Assembly (NCBI GenBank): GCA_963827165.1
Contig: CAWGZR010000009.1
Span: forward strand, 1-64,000
DNA length: 64,000 nt
Source of the DNA: Candidatus Bathyarchaeota archaeon
Lineage (GTDB): Archaea; Thermoproteota; Bathyarchaeia; Bathyarchaeales; Bathycorpusculaceae
Reading direction: 5' to 3'
Positions 27,876 to 38,134 of this stretch are shown in pieces (position 1 is the stretch's first letter; every line of letters begins with the position of its first letter). Under the pieces are notes generated by a model. It did no database searches, had not been told where the DNA came from, and was given only the letters and a program-made list of their open reading frames with translations. The position numbers were made by a program, and so were the translations under genes.

Positions 27876-29469
27876 ATGAGATTAAAGGAAAAAACAGTGT
27901 TTCACTTAAGAAAAAACAAAGGAATATTTTTTACAGCAGTAATGTTCACCACATTGTGTCTTGTACTTTCCAGTTTTTTGCCAACAATCCATTCCCAGAT
28001 CACCTTCGCCCTACCCTGTACCATCACCACCACAGGAAATGCCTGGGAAGGCTACATAGCATTCGACCTAGAACTTAGGCAGCAATTTTATGGGCACGGG
28101 GGGAAATACCAATTATTTTGTGGTTATGGATACTAATGGCACCGTGCTAGCGCTTCGTGAGTCTGACACTAGCTACGGGGCGGCTTGGAATATCGCACCT
28201 GATACTCTAATGTTTTTCGGTGAACCTCAAGTGGGTGGAGCTAACTCCGCCCCAACGTACGAAACGCATTTCTGGAACCTGTCCACAGGCACTACGGCGG
28301 ATTTTCCAAACGTCATCGGCGAACATGATATTCAATATGACCCAGTCAACAACACATTCCTCACTTTTCAGCAGTATGTCCAACCCGTCGGAAACAACCT
28401 GTACCTAATCGACCAGATTGTCGAACTCGACGCAAACGGCAACGTATTATGGACTTGGAACCCATACAATTACATACCGCTCAGCGATGCTTCACCGTAC
28501 AACGAAACAGCCACTTTTAACGATCAAACAGTAATAGATTTCACCCATGCGAATACACTAGATTGGGACTACAACGACGGAGTCATCTACGCGAACTTCA
28601 GAAACCTCAACACCTTCTACAAAATCAACGAAACCACAGGAAACATAATTTGGGGCTGCGGCGAATTTGGCAATTTCACCCTCCTTGGCGCAGACGGTTC
28701 GCAGCTTGTTGGTCCAGATGGTTTGCCTCCCAGTCTATGGTACCACTGCCACACAGTTGAACAGGTAACACCAGACGTTTTCATGCTGTTCAACAACGAT
28801 TTCGAAAACAACACCAACCCAGACGACTGCCGCAGCAGCTTGATGGAAATTACCCTTAACGAAACAAGCATGGCAGCTTACGCTAACTGGAGCTGGGAGG
28901 CTCCTGCGTCGTATTGGAACGCGTATGGAGGATCAATAGTGCATCTTCCAAACGGAGATTTCATGGGAGACTTCGGCGTTCCGACGCACCAGTATACGTA
29001 TAACGAACTTCCCGATGGAACATGGGACTTCACCGACACTGGCGCCGTTTTTGCGGAGGTTAATCCTGCTGGGCAACTAGTGAGGACTTTCACGTTTCCA
29101 GTCGGTTGCTATGTCTACCGAGTTGAAACGGTAACCGATCCAGCTTCCATTGCATTTGCACTCCCAACATCCGTGGTTGCTCCAACTCCAACTCCAGTCA
29201 CTCTAGGACCAACGCCGTTTTACCTTCCAACCTATCCGCCTTCTTCCGCCACTCCTACCCCCTCAACAAACACGCCAACGTCGACTCCAACCATTTCCCC
29301 TTCAATTGCCCCCTCAATAACACCTTCAAACTCGCCTAGCCCCAAACCCCTGGCATCAAAACTAACCATTGAGATTGCCGCTGCAACAATTATTGTCATA
29401 ATAGTGCTGTCAACCCTAATGCTCTTGGTGGCGAGAAAACGTGTTCGCTGGCGCAAGACTACCTCCTGA
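27876..29469 (+). CDS. Arylsulfotransferase (ASST)-like surface protein, frameshifted near 28075
   Basis: GEHD, DFTHANTL, IIWGCG and WYHCH motifs; Pro/Thr linker and C-terminal TM; signal peptide lies in the upstream frame. Confidence 0.7.
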
Positions 29470-29798
29470 CCAATAATTATTGTTTTTAAGCAATTTCGTT
29501 TCTCTTTATCCAAATGATAAGACTCCACATTATTATCTGCGCCAAGAAATTTTCTTTAATAACATCCAAGGGTGCTCTTACTCGTACGCGCTCTTCTTAA
29601 CAATCAGTAGAACTTACTATGGAGATTCTACGCTTGCCATTTGAAGCGGGTTCCCTTGGCTTGTTACCTAAACATTTAGCAATTAAGCTTGAGACTTTCA
29701 AGATTGCACGTCACCAAATAAGCCGACGAATCTCTCCGTAGGAGCATTTATACTGTTTTCATCCATCTTTTTCCCATTTTTGTATGGGGGAAGATCAT

Positions 29799-30923
29799 TC
29801 ACGTACTCCAAGAGCGCCTCATGAGGAATGCGCCAACCCCGACGCAGGCGATGGCATAAAGCGCAAGAACCAACAGCGAAAAGGGAAGCCCTGTTGGTTT
29901 GGGGTAGAACAAGGCCTGCCGTAATGCGTCGATCGAGTATCGGGTCGGGATGAACGCGCTTAAGGTCTGGAGCCAGTGGGGAACCAATTCTATTGTAGTG
30001 AAGCCTCCGCCTAAGAGGAACAGGTAAATTGCGGTTATTGAGGATAGAAACGCAACGTATCTTGAGCCTTTTATTAAGGTCCCGATTATTGCGCCGATTC
30101 CGGACGCGCACAATGCCGTTCCTAAAAATATCCCGAACAACGCCGGCAACTGACCAATTGGCAAGCTAACAAAACCAACCAGTACTCCAAGCAACACTGC
30201 CGGAAGGACAATTGCAAAACACGCAAGAACACCTCCCAAAATGCGACCAGAAACTAGCATCCAGGAACGCTGTGGCGATAAGGCTAGCATGTGAGCAGTT
30301 TTGCTCTCTCTATCCAGTGCGCACAAGCAGGCTGTTCCGACAAGACCCACGTTCAGAATCAAGAGCACGAAAGTGGGTACAAACTGATAGTGGAACCAGT
30401 CAACGTTAGTCTCCCTAATGTATTGCTCGTCCAAGGATACATGATACACATTAGGTAGGGACGTATTTACGAATTCGTCCGAGATGAGGGTTGGAGCATC
30501 GAATTCTACAACGGAGCGGTCAACGCTCCTGCGAATATCGTCCGAAAAATCAAAGTCGACGTTATTAATCGTGAGAAGAACCTTTCCAGTGCCGTTTGCC
30601 ACCTGCTCATCGAACGTGGACGGGATGGTAATGACGGCAGCGACCTTTTCATCCTGAAGCATGCTATTTGCGGTTGTCAAATTCGTTACTGTGAGATCAT
30701 ATGCCTCTGTATCCGATCTAATAATTTGAGCCATCTGCATCGACGCGGGACCAGTACCTTGGACAACTAAAGCAACAGGCTGCTGAGTGACCGACAGACT
30801 CAAAGTTACAAGGACCAGCGTCATGGCAATCGGCGGAATAAGCGCGCAAGCTGCAGTAAGAGGCATTTTCCTCCACCTCCTAAGGTCATGCAATGCGATC
30901 GTAAACAGCGACTGAAGTTTCAT
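29799..30923 (-). CDS. ABC-2 type permease
   Basis: AVITIPSTF, DRESKT..LALSP, LLGGGFT, PTRYSIDALR. Confidence 0.88.
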   Translation of the reverse strand: MKLQSLFTIALHDLRRWRKMPLTAACALIPPIAMTLVLVTLSLSVTQQPVALVVQGTGPASMQMAQIIRSDTEAYDLTVTNLTTANSMLQDEKVAAVITIPSTFDEQVANGTGKVLLTINNVDFDFSDDIRRSVDRSVVEFDAPTLISDEFVNTSLPNVYHVSLDEQYIRETNVDWFHYQFVPTFVLLILNVGLVGTACLCALDRESKTAHMLALSPQRSWMLVSGRILGGVLACFAIVLPAVLLGVLVGFVSLPIGQLPALFGIFLGTALCASGIGAIIGTLIKGSRYVAFLSSITAIYLFLLGGGFTTIELVPHWLQTLSAFIPTRYSIDALRQALFYPKPTGLPFSLLVLALYAIACVGVGAFLMRRSWST

Positions 30924-32023
30924 AAAAATCCCCTTCTTGAGAAAAACCACGCTAAAACCAAAGCACCGATCCCCCACCCAACCAATGCGAGAGCAAGCAG
31001 GGCGAACGGCTCAGGCGTGACCTTCAAATTGAAAACGGCGTGTTCCATCAAACCCACCGCATAGTATTCCGGGGAAAAGTGAGCTGCCCCCCAGATGAGG
31101 CTCCCGTCGAACCGTTGTGGCTCGTACGAACCGCTGAAAAGAAACAAAGGAAGCGCAATTCCGAGAACGAACAGAGCCACCGGAAGCGTCTTTTTCATGA
31201 CTGCGCCGAGTGCGGCGCCGATGCAGCTAAAAATGGCAATGCAAAACAGGAGGGTCAACACCATTTCAAGAGGTTGAGCGGGCGAAATATCATACCCCAC
31301 AAGGGCCACGAAGACTGTAATTGCTATTGCCCCAGCCGAAACTAGAGCAGTTGCCATTACCCGTCCGATCAGCGGAATGAGTGGGGGTACGGGGGAAATC
31401 GCAAGAATCTTGGCCGTTTTTGATTCAAACTCTTCTGCAACTGAGAAAGCGCTTAAAGTGCCCGCGATTATGAGGGCATCTAAGACCAAAGCGCTTGCAA
31501 TCATGTAGTTGATGAAGCTTGTGTCATGGGCGTAAGAGTCAGTTTCGACCACACCAACGTTTACGCCTTCAAACTTTAGTCCATCACCAAAACTCATAAC
31601 GGCCGAAGGTACCGCGCGTTGGATGTCCGCAGTTAGGTCGCTGTTGATGTTGTCAATAAAAACAGTAATAGGCGCGGTCTTTCCTTCACTGATGTTCTCC
31701 GAAAACCCTTGTGGAATAACTATCATTGCCACGAGGTCACCCTTTGCAACCATTTCCCGCGCAGCCGTCTCATTATTCATGAAAATCAAGTTGAATGAGT
31801 GGTGGTCATTTTCTAGGCTATTGATGAACACTTGTGCAAGAGGACCGTTGTCGTTATTAACCAAAGCAGTTGGAGCGTATGCGCCGGTCATGCCGAAAAG
31901 CGTCACGAGAATAAGAAACGTCACTGATTGAACCAAAACAAGTGCAATAAGCAGGCGTGACCTTCTCAACCTGCTTAACTCGGCATTCATTCCACCTAGG
32001 AATGCGCGTAGTTTTTTTCTCAT
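30920..32023 (-). CDS. ABC-2 type permease
   Basis: MIVIPQGFS, AEEFESKT..LAISP, LFLFSGSY. Confidence 0.88.
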   Translation of the reverse strand: MRKKLRAFLGGMNAELSRLRRSRLLIALVLVQSVTFLILVTLFGMTGAYAPTALVNNDNGPLAQVFINSLENDHHSFNLIFMNNETAAREMVAKGDLVAMIVIPQGFSENISEGKTAPITVFIDNINSDLTADIQRAVPSAVMSFGDGLKFEGVNVGVVETDSYAHDTSFINYMIASALVLDALIIAGTLSAFSVAEEFESKTAKILAISPVPPLIPLIGRVMATALVSAGAIAITVFVALVGYDISPAQPLEMVLTLLFCIAIFSCIGAALGAVMKKTLPVALFVLGIALPLFLFSGSYEPQRFDGSLIWGAAHFSPEYYAVGLMEHAVFNLKVTPEPFALLALALVGWGIGALVLAWFFSRRGFL

Positions 32024-32025
32024 GG

Positions 32026-32982
32026 TTATCGTCCAAGGGATTTGAACACTTCAGATAGATCGGGTGCGCGAAAACAGAATCCCTCAATGCTGCCGTACTT
32101 TGTAAACTCGCGTAGGGTCTCATCAGGGTTCGCGCCTTTGGCCAAGAATAATGAAATGCCGCTCAAAGTTATGTCGGTACGGGTGACCTGTTGGATATTT
32201 TCAACGCCCGAAGCGATTTTTTTGGCAGTTTGCTCGTCGCATTCGACGTCAATGCAACTGCCCGTCCGCCTCACTAGTTCGCGAGGTTCAGCAATAGCTA
32301 ACATTACGCCCTCGCCTAAAACTGCGACGCGGTCGCATAAGGCTAGTGCTTCGTCGAGATAATTAGTCGCAACAACGACTGTCTTACTCTTTGATCTGAG
32401 AAGGCGAAGGTAAGCCCAAAGCGCATGACGTGTATCTGCGTCAACTCCGAGCGTTGGCTCGTCGATGATGAACAATTCAGGGTCATGAAGGAAAGCTCGG
32501 GCAATAGCAGTGCGTCTCTTGAGGCCTCCTGAAAGAGTGTTCACGACTTGGTCGCGCCGGTCTGAGAGGCCAAGAATTTCAAGGACTTCAAGAATCCTCT
32601 TGCGCGAATTTTGCACATCGTATAGGCTAGCCGAGAATTTCAGGTTTTCAAAGATGGTTAATTCTTCGTAAAGCGCGTTTTCCTGAAGGACAAAACCCAT
32701 TTTTCTTCGAAACTCAGCGGTATGTGTTGGCATCTTTTCGCCTAGCACATTGATCTCTCCCGATGTATGGCTCCGCAACCCGGATATGAGGGAAAGAAGC
32801 GTCGTCTTTCCGGCTCCGTTTTTTCCAAGGAGACCCATAATTTCTCCGCGACGGACGTTTAGTGTAATTCCTCGAAGAATGTCTTTGCCTGAAATCCTGC
32901 AGTCGACGTCTTGAAAATAAATGACACTATCCTTCATATTTTCTTTCACAATATCAGTAGATTCGGTAATGTCAATACTCAT
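32026..32982 (-). CDS. ABC exporter ATP-binding subunit
   Basis: GKNGAGKTT, LSGGL, IIDEPTLGVD; H-loop reads ATNY. Confidence 0.92.
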   Translation of the reverse strand: MSIDITESTDIVKENMKDSVIYFQDVDCRISGKDILRGITLNVRRGEIMGLLGKNGAGKTTLLSLISGLRSHTSGEINVLGEKMPTHTAEFRRKMGFVLQENALYEELTIFENLKFSASLYDVQNSRKRILEVLEILGLSDRRDQVVNTLSGGLKRRTAIARAFLHDPELFIIDEPTLGVDADTRHALWAYLRLLRSKSKTVVVATNYLDEALALCDRVAVLGEGVMLAIAEPRELVRRTGSCIDVECDEQTAKKIASGVENIQQVTRTDITLSGISLFLAKGANPDETLREFTKYGSIEGFCFRAPDLSEVFKSLGR

Positions 32983-33087
32983 GGATTAGACTGGCAAGTG
33001 CAATAACTATAAGTATTGTGAATTTTCAAACATGAACCATAAACCTTATTCAAGATCATCAAAAAAGTCAGGCAGAATTTCGACCTC

Positions 33088-33158
33088 AAGCGCCTTGCCA
33101 GGTTCTACGCGTGATTTTCCGAGTTAAAACCCGAGTATAGACCTAGGCCTGGGCACCA
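33088..33158 (+). repeat. attR-like site ending in a tRNA-Asp-type 3' end
   Basis: Imperfect palindrome gccttgccaggttctac...gtatagacctaggcctgggc followed by ACCA. Confidence 0.75.
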
Positions 33159-33349
33159 CTTCATTTCCTGTCAAAAGATACTTGAAATGAGCTCTTTTTG
33201 ACTATTAAAAGCCTTACAAATGGAGCCGGAAACGGGTATACCCTGGGGTTTCTAGACTTCCATCGTCAGAAAGCTAATTTTTGTGTATTTGCACTACTAC
33301 CGCGAACAAAAGCCTTGGGGTACAGCTTTGGACCAAGTCACGCTTTTAG

Positions 33350-34859
33350 TTAACTATGGGCTGGATTTAAATTGATTATTTTCTGAATTTCTTCTGGCGC
33401 TTTTGCCCTGTAAAATTCGCTAAACGGAATCTTTGGACTGCTTCCTAAGTATGCTTCAACTAGGTTAGCTAAAACAAGTTTAACTTGTTCAGCGTTGACT
33501 CCACGTTGAATTAGCTTCCCCAAGGCAGATGCCTCTTTAACAGATCCTTTGAGGTAAATGTTGTATGCTGGAACGTTTCTTCCCTCAATGTTCAATGCGC
33601 AGCCCTGTAACCCGATGTCGGCAATTAGATGCCGAGCACACCCGTTAGGGCAGCCGCTAAAGCTAATTTGCAACTTGATCTTCTTCAAATTATCTCCAAA
33701 GCGTTTCTCAAGGCAATCAATGCTTTCCTTTGCTCGATTCTTGGGGTGGTCAATTGTTTTCCCACAAAAGTTTCCTGCGCAAGCAATGGTTGCCCACCTC
33801 AAATATGGACTCCCTAACTGATACCCAATCTCTTCGAGAGCCTTGGCTGCTTTTTCAATTGATTCATCTGGAACGTTGGCAAGAATTATGTTCTGATAGG
33901 GGGTTAGGCGTAGCTCTCCATTGCCTAATTTCTTGGAGATATTGGCGATTTTTACCATTTTTTCGTTATCTAAGATGCCGCTGGAGACTGGTATGTTGAT
34001 GAATGAGTAACCTTTCTGTTTTTGCGGTTGAACACCTACGTGCTCAGCCTTGAAATTCTCCAAATGAGCGGTGGTATAAGGTTGAAGAGTTTTAGCCATT
34101 TTTGCTTCGATGGTTTTCCTGAGTTTTTCAACGCCCCATGCCTCGACGAGCCAGCGAAAACGAGCCTTTGCTTTAACTTCTCTGCTTCCAAAATCCCTAA
34201 ACACCTCAGCAGCGCACCTTGCGACATCTAGTCATTTCCTTCTGCTGCACCACTACGTTTAATGGCTTAGCGAGTTGAGGCGCCGCGGCAACTGTCCCTC
34301 CAACATAAACTACAAAACCTACGATTCCGGATGGCTGCTTAATCGCCACAAAAGACAGGTCTTGCATTTCATGGTCACCACAGCTCGACATGCAACTGGA
34401 GATTGAAATTTTAAATTTCCTTGGCAAATCAAGGAAGTCTATATTGCCGTTAAAGAAACTATCAAGCTGTTTTACTATTGGCCACGGATCAACCAACTCA
34501 TCCTTAATTAGGCCTGCGGCTGGACAGCTTACTACAGCCCGTACGTCACCACCATGAGCCGTTGGGATCCCCTGCCCACCATGGTCCGTGGAAAACCCTG
34601 TCTTTTCAAGCCTTGAGAAAATGTTTAATGCATTTTGGGAATCTATCCAGTGTAACTGGATATTCTGTCGATCAGTGATTTCAGCATATCCTCTGCCGTA
34701 TTCTTGAGATAGGCTTGCGATTTCTGTAAACTGGTCGGCGGTTAAGCGACCGTTCGGAATTTTTATTCGCAAAAAACATTCGGAACCTTCACACCTATCC
34801 TTCCCCAAAACATATCGATTACGCATGGCTTCAATTTTAGCTGGCAATATTTCGCTCAT
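33350..34859 (-). CDS. Ferredoxin-type nitrite/sulfite reductase (siroheme), frameshifted near 34232
   Basis: ITDRQNIQLH, DLPRKFKI, KARFRWL, CAGNFC and SGCPNGC motifs split across two frames. Confidence 0.8.
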
Positions 34860-35245
34860 AAACTTGGACTTCCTTCAACGGATCTAACAAAATTTAGTAT
34901 GATGATAGTAATATAGCACATGCCTATGATTGAAGGTTTTTTCTGTTGGAAAGCACAAAAAAGCGGCTTAATAGCATTTGATCGTTTTCTTCGTTTAACG
35001 GTCTAACTAGGCCTTTGTATTTGTTAGTTGCTGGGCAACCGACGCATTTTCAAGAACTGCTCTGAAAAAACACCAAAACCCCTAACATAAACCAGAAGCA
35101 GCTATTTTTTTGCATCTAAAACTGGAAATTTTGCTAAAAAGCGAGCACATTTCTAAAAGAGTATTCTGCATACACTGGAATGCTATTTTTTGGAAGAAAA
35201 GTTTCATAAGGTATCTATATCATAAGGTATTGGGCTGGTCTCAGA

Positions 35246-35704
35246 ATGCTTTCATTGGGCTTAGATGATTTGGACAAGCGCATACTAAAGTTGCTTCAGG
35301 CTAATTGCCGCCTTTCCTTTGCAGAGCTTGGCCGCGAGCTAGATGTAGCTGAAGCCACGGTTAGATTTAGGGTTAATCGACTTGTAAGCAACGGAGTCAT
35401 AACCAGATTTGCTGCTTTGCTTGATCCGGCTAAAGTTGGTTTGAAAGTAACGGGGGCAATATTGCTCAAAATTGATCCAGCATATTTGGAAGAAGCCTGT
35501 AAGCAATTAGTCTCGTTTAGTGAAACGCAATACTTGTTTCAAAGCACCGGAGAATACGACGTAGTTTCGGTGATTGCTGCCCGAGACATGGACCACCTTA
35601 ATAATTTAATCAAAAAGACCAAGATTATCCCGGGTGTAAAAGATGCAAGGGTCTCGGTTACAACGAGGTTCTTGAAATTTGACCCAAGTATCGCCTTGGT
35701 ATGA
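35246..35704 (+). CDS. Lrp/AsnC-family transcriptional regulator
   Basis: LDDLDKRILKLLQ..RLSFAELGRELDVAEATVRFRV; TGEYD. Confidence 0.92.
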   Translation: MLSLGLDDLDKRILKLLQANCRLSFAELGRELDVAEATVRFRVNRLVSNGVITRFAALLDPAKVGLKVTGAILLKIDPAYLEEACKQLVSFSETQYLFQSTGEYDVVSVIAARDMDHLNNLIKKTKIIPGVKDARVSVTTRFLKFDPSIALV

Positions 35705-35885
35705 CATCTTTTCGTAACCCCAATCAGGTTCTTTACGTTGCTGATTCAGCAATAAATTTCTTCAAAATTTAGTTTTCCGTAAGGTTAATACGTAAAGTGA
35801 CGTCAATTATCGAAGGGAAGAGCAAAAATCATAATGGATAAGCAAACGCACTAAAAACAGCTTGACTTTGGTGAAAGGGAACGCA

Positions 35886-36419
35886 ATGCAGAAAAAAAAT
35901 GAGAAATGCAAAAATTCTGAGACAAAACCCAATTCAAGTCCAATAACGTCGCCCTTAAGCCTAGATGAAACGGACAGAATAATGCTGCAGATACTTCAAG
36001 ACGATTTTCCCATTGTTCAGCACCCTTGGCTTGAAATAGGCCGCAAACTCAACATCAGCGAAAGCGAAGTCATAAAACGAATAAAGCGACTCAACGAAGC
36101 GGGTGCCATCGTAAAGATAGGCCCGGTCTTTGAATCTTCAAAAATAGGTTTAAAGTCAGCTACTTTGGTCGCGATGAAGGTGCCAAAAAACAAAGTTGAG
36201 GACATTGCACGGATTATAAACGCTTACGATAATGTTTCGCACAATTATGAACGTGAAGATGAATATAATGTATGGTTCACTCTTTCGGCCTCAAGCAAAA
36301 ACAAATTGACCGCAACGCTGAATGAAGTCAAGCAAAAAACAGGCGTGAAAGATCAGGATGTACTTGACTTGCCTACCGTTCAGCGCTTTAAAATAAACGT
36401 ACATTTCGAACTAACCTAA
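35886..36419 (+). CDS. ahbA: Siroheme decarboxylase subunit alpha
   Basis: LQDDFPI..P, VSHNYERED.YNVWFTL, FKINVHF. Confidence 0.9.
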   Translation: MQKKNEKCKNSETKPNSSPITSPLSLDETDRIMLQILQDDFPIVQHPWLEIGRKLNISESEVIKRIKRLNEAGAIVKIGPVFESSKIGLKSATLVAMKVPKNKVEDIARIINAYDNVSHNYEREDEYNVWFTLSASSKNKLTATLNEVKQKTGVKDQDVLDLPTVQRFKINVHFELT

Positions 36420-36442
36420 ACAAACTTAAAAGTGAATGAAAA

Positions 36443-36976
36443 ATGGATGAAATTGACCGAAAACTTTTAGCAAGCATGGAAAAAGGGATCCCATTGACAA
36501 CGGAACCTTTCAATGAAATTGCTCTCCAGATAGGAATCACACCAAAAGAAGTTATCACTCGCTTATGCAGCCTTAAAGAGAAAGGTGTAGTCAGGCGATT
36601 TGGCGCTTCAATAAAACCTAACAATATCGGTTTCTCGGCAAATGCTCTTGTGGCTTGGAAGGTGCCTGAAAACAGCGTTCAAGAAATCGGAGCGTATATG
36701 TCAAGATATCAAGAAATCTCGCATTGCTATGAGCGCGAAACCGTCAATGGAAGATGGGACTACAATCTTTACACAGTTATACATGGAAGGGAACGAGAGG
36801 TTGTTCAACGTATGGTTAAAGAAATCTCAGATGGAATCGGAATAAGGGAATATAAAATCCTGTACAGCACTAGAGACCTAAAAAGAACTGTACTCCCTGA
36901 CAGCTCCGCCATGATTTCGGCAAAATCTTCCACTGTTTTGCCTTACGGTCTTTCTCGGGAGATGAATGATCCTTGA
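36443..36976 (+). CDS. ahbB: Siroheme decarboxylase subunit beta
   Basis: GIPLTTEPF, VRRFGA, ANALVAW, ISHCYER, WDYNLYTVIHG, LYSTRDLKR. Confidence 0.9.
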   Translation: MDEIDRKLLASMEKGIPLTTEPFNEIALQIGITPKEVITRLCSLKEKGVVRRFGASIKPNNIGFSANALVAWKVPENSVQEIGAYMSRYQEISHCYERETVNGRWDYNLYTVIHGREREVVQRMVKEISDGIGIREYKILYSTRDLKRTVLPDSSAMISAKSSTVLPYGLSREMNDP

Positions 36977-38121
36977 TTAACATTACTAAACTTTGGTGTG
37001 GCACTCCAGGTTCGATGGATCATTTACGTTATGGCGCTGCAACTCATCAAAAACCGGTTGTCGTTTGGAACACAACGAGACGTTGCAACCTCAATTGTGT
37101 TCATTGTTACTCGAAGTCCGAGAATAAGATATACCCTAACGAATTAACCACTGAAGAAGCCAAAGCGTTTGTTAAAGACCTAGCAGAGTTTGGTGTTAAT
37201 GTACTGTTGTTTTCTGGCGGAGAACCCCTGCTTAGACACGACCTTTTCGAAGTTGCACGTTTCGCGACCGACCAAGGCTTACGAGCAGTATTATCCACGA
37301 ACGGTACACTAATTACCGAAAGCGTTGCAGTGCAACTAAAAAATGCGGGTTTCTCGTATGTAGGAATTAGTTTAGATGGCATAGGTGAAACTAACAATAA
37401 GTTCAGAGGTAAAAAAGAAGCTTTCGAACTGGCAGTTGAAGGAATTCGAAACTGCCTAAAAGCTAAAGTTAAAACGGGTTTGCGATTTACCGTTACGAAA
37501 TATAATTTCAAGGATCTTCCCGAAATCTTCAACCTCATTGAAGTCGAAGGAATCCCCCGAGTATGCCTCTATCACCTTGCCTACGTTGGAAGGGGAACTA
37601 CCATTACAAATGATGACCTAACACATGAACAAACGAGGGAGTTCATGGATTACATTTTAGAAAAAGCTGAGACTTTCCACAAGAAAAACTTAAACACCGA
37701 AATCTTAACCGTCGATAACCATGCTGATGCTGCCTACTTATATCTTAAGCTGAAGGAAAAGGACCCGAAAAAAGCTGAACAAGCCCTTCGACTTCTGCAG
37801 ATAAATGGCGGAAACAGTTCGGGCACCGGGATAGGTTGCGTTGATTTTAACGGATACGTGCATCCAGATCAATTCTGGCAACATTACTCGCTCGGAAATA
37901 TACGCAATCACAAATTCAGCCGAATCTGGACTGACGACTCAGAACCATTGCTTCGAGCCCTCAGAAACAGAAAAAGTCACCTACACGGAAAATGCATCGA
38001 ATGCAAATTTCTTGACATTTGCAACGGCAACCTCAGAGTTAGAGCGGAAGCAGTTTATGAAGACATATGGGCAACTGACCCCGCCTGCTACTTAACACCT
38101 GAAGAAATAAGGCCTCAGTAA
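36973..38121 (+). CDS. ahbC: Radical SAM Fe-coproporphyrin III synthase
   Basis: PVVVWNTTRRCNLNCVHCY, DNHADA, NGGNSSG, HPDQFW, SPASM Cys cluster. Confidence 0.9.
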   Translation: MINITKLWCGTPGSMDHLRYGAATHQKPVVVWNTTRRCNLNCVHCYSKSENKIYPNELTTEEAKAFVKDLAEFGVNVLLFSGGEPLLRHDLFEVARFATDQGLRAVLSTNGTLITESVAVQLKNAGFSYVGISLDGIGETNNKFRGKKEAFELAVEGIRNCLKAKVKTGLRFTVTKYNFKDLPEIFNLIEVEGIPRVCLYHLAYVGRGTTITNDDLTHEQTREFMDYILEKAETFHKKNLNTEILTVDNHADAAYLYLKLKEKDPKKAEQALRLLQINGGNSSGTGIGCVDFNGYVHPDQFWQHYSLGNIRNHKFSRIWTDDSEPLLRALRNRKSHLHGKCIECKFLDICNGNLRVRAEAVYEDIWATDPACYLTPEEIRPQ

Positions 38122-38134
38122 GAAGGTTAATTGC

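Noticed and set aside
29160-29350. C/A-rich quasi-repeats
   Set aside because: Explained by the Pro/Thr/Ser linker of the ASST-like protein.
35204-35230. Direct repeat TCATAAGGTAT x2 upstream of the Lrp gene
   Set aside because: Plausibly a promoter or autoregulatory site, but two 11-mers are insufficient support.
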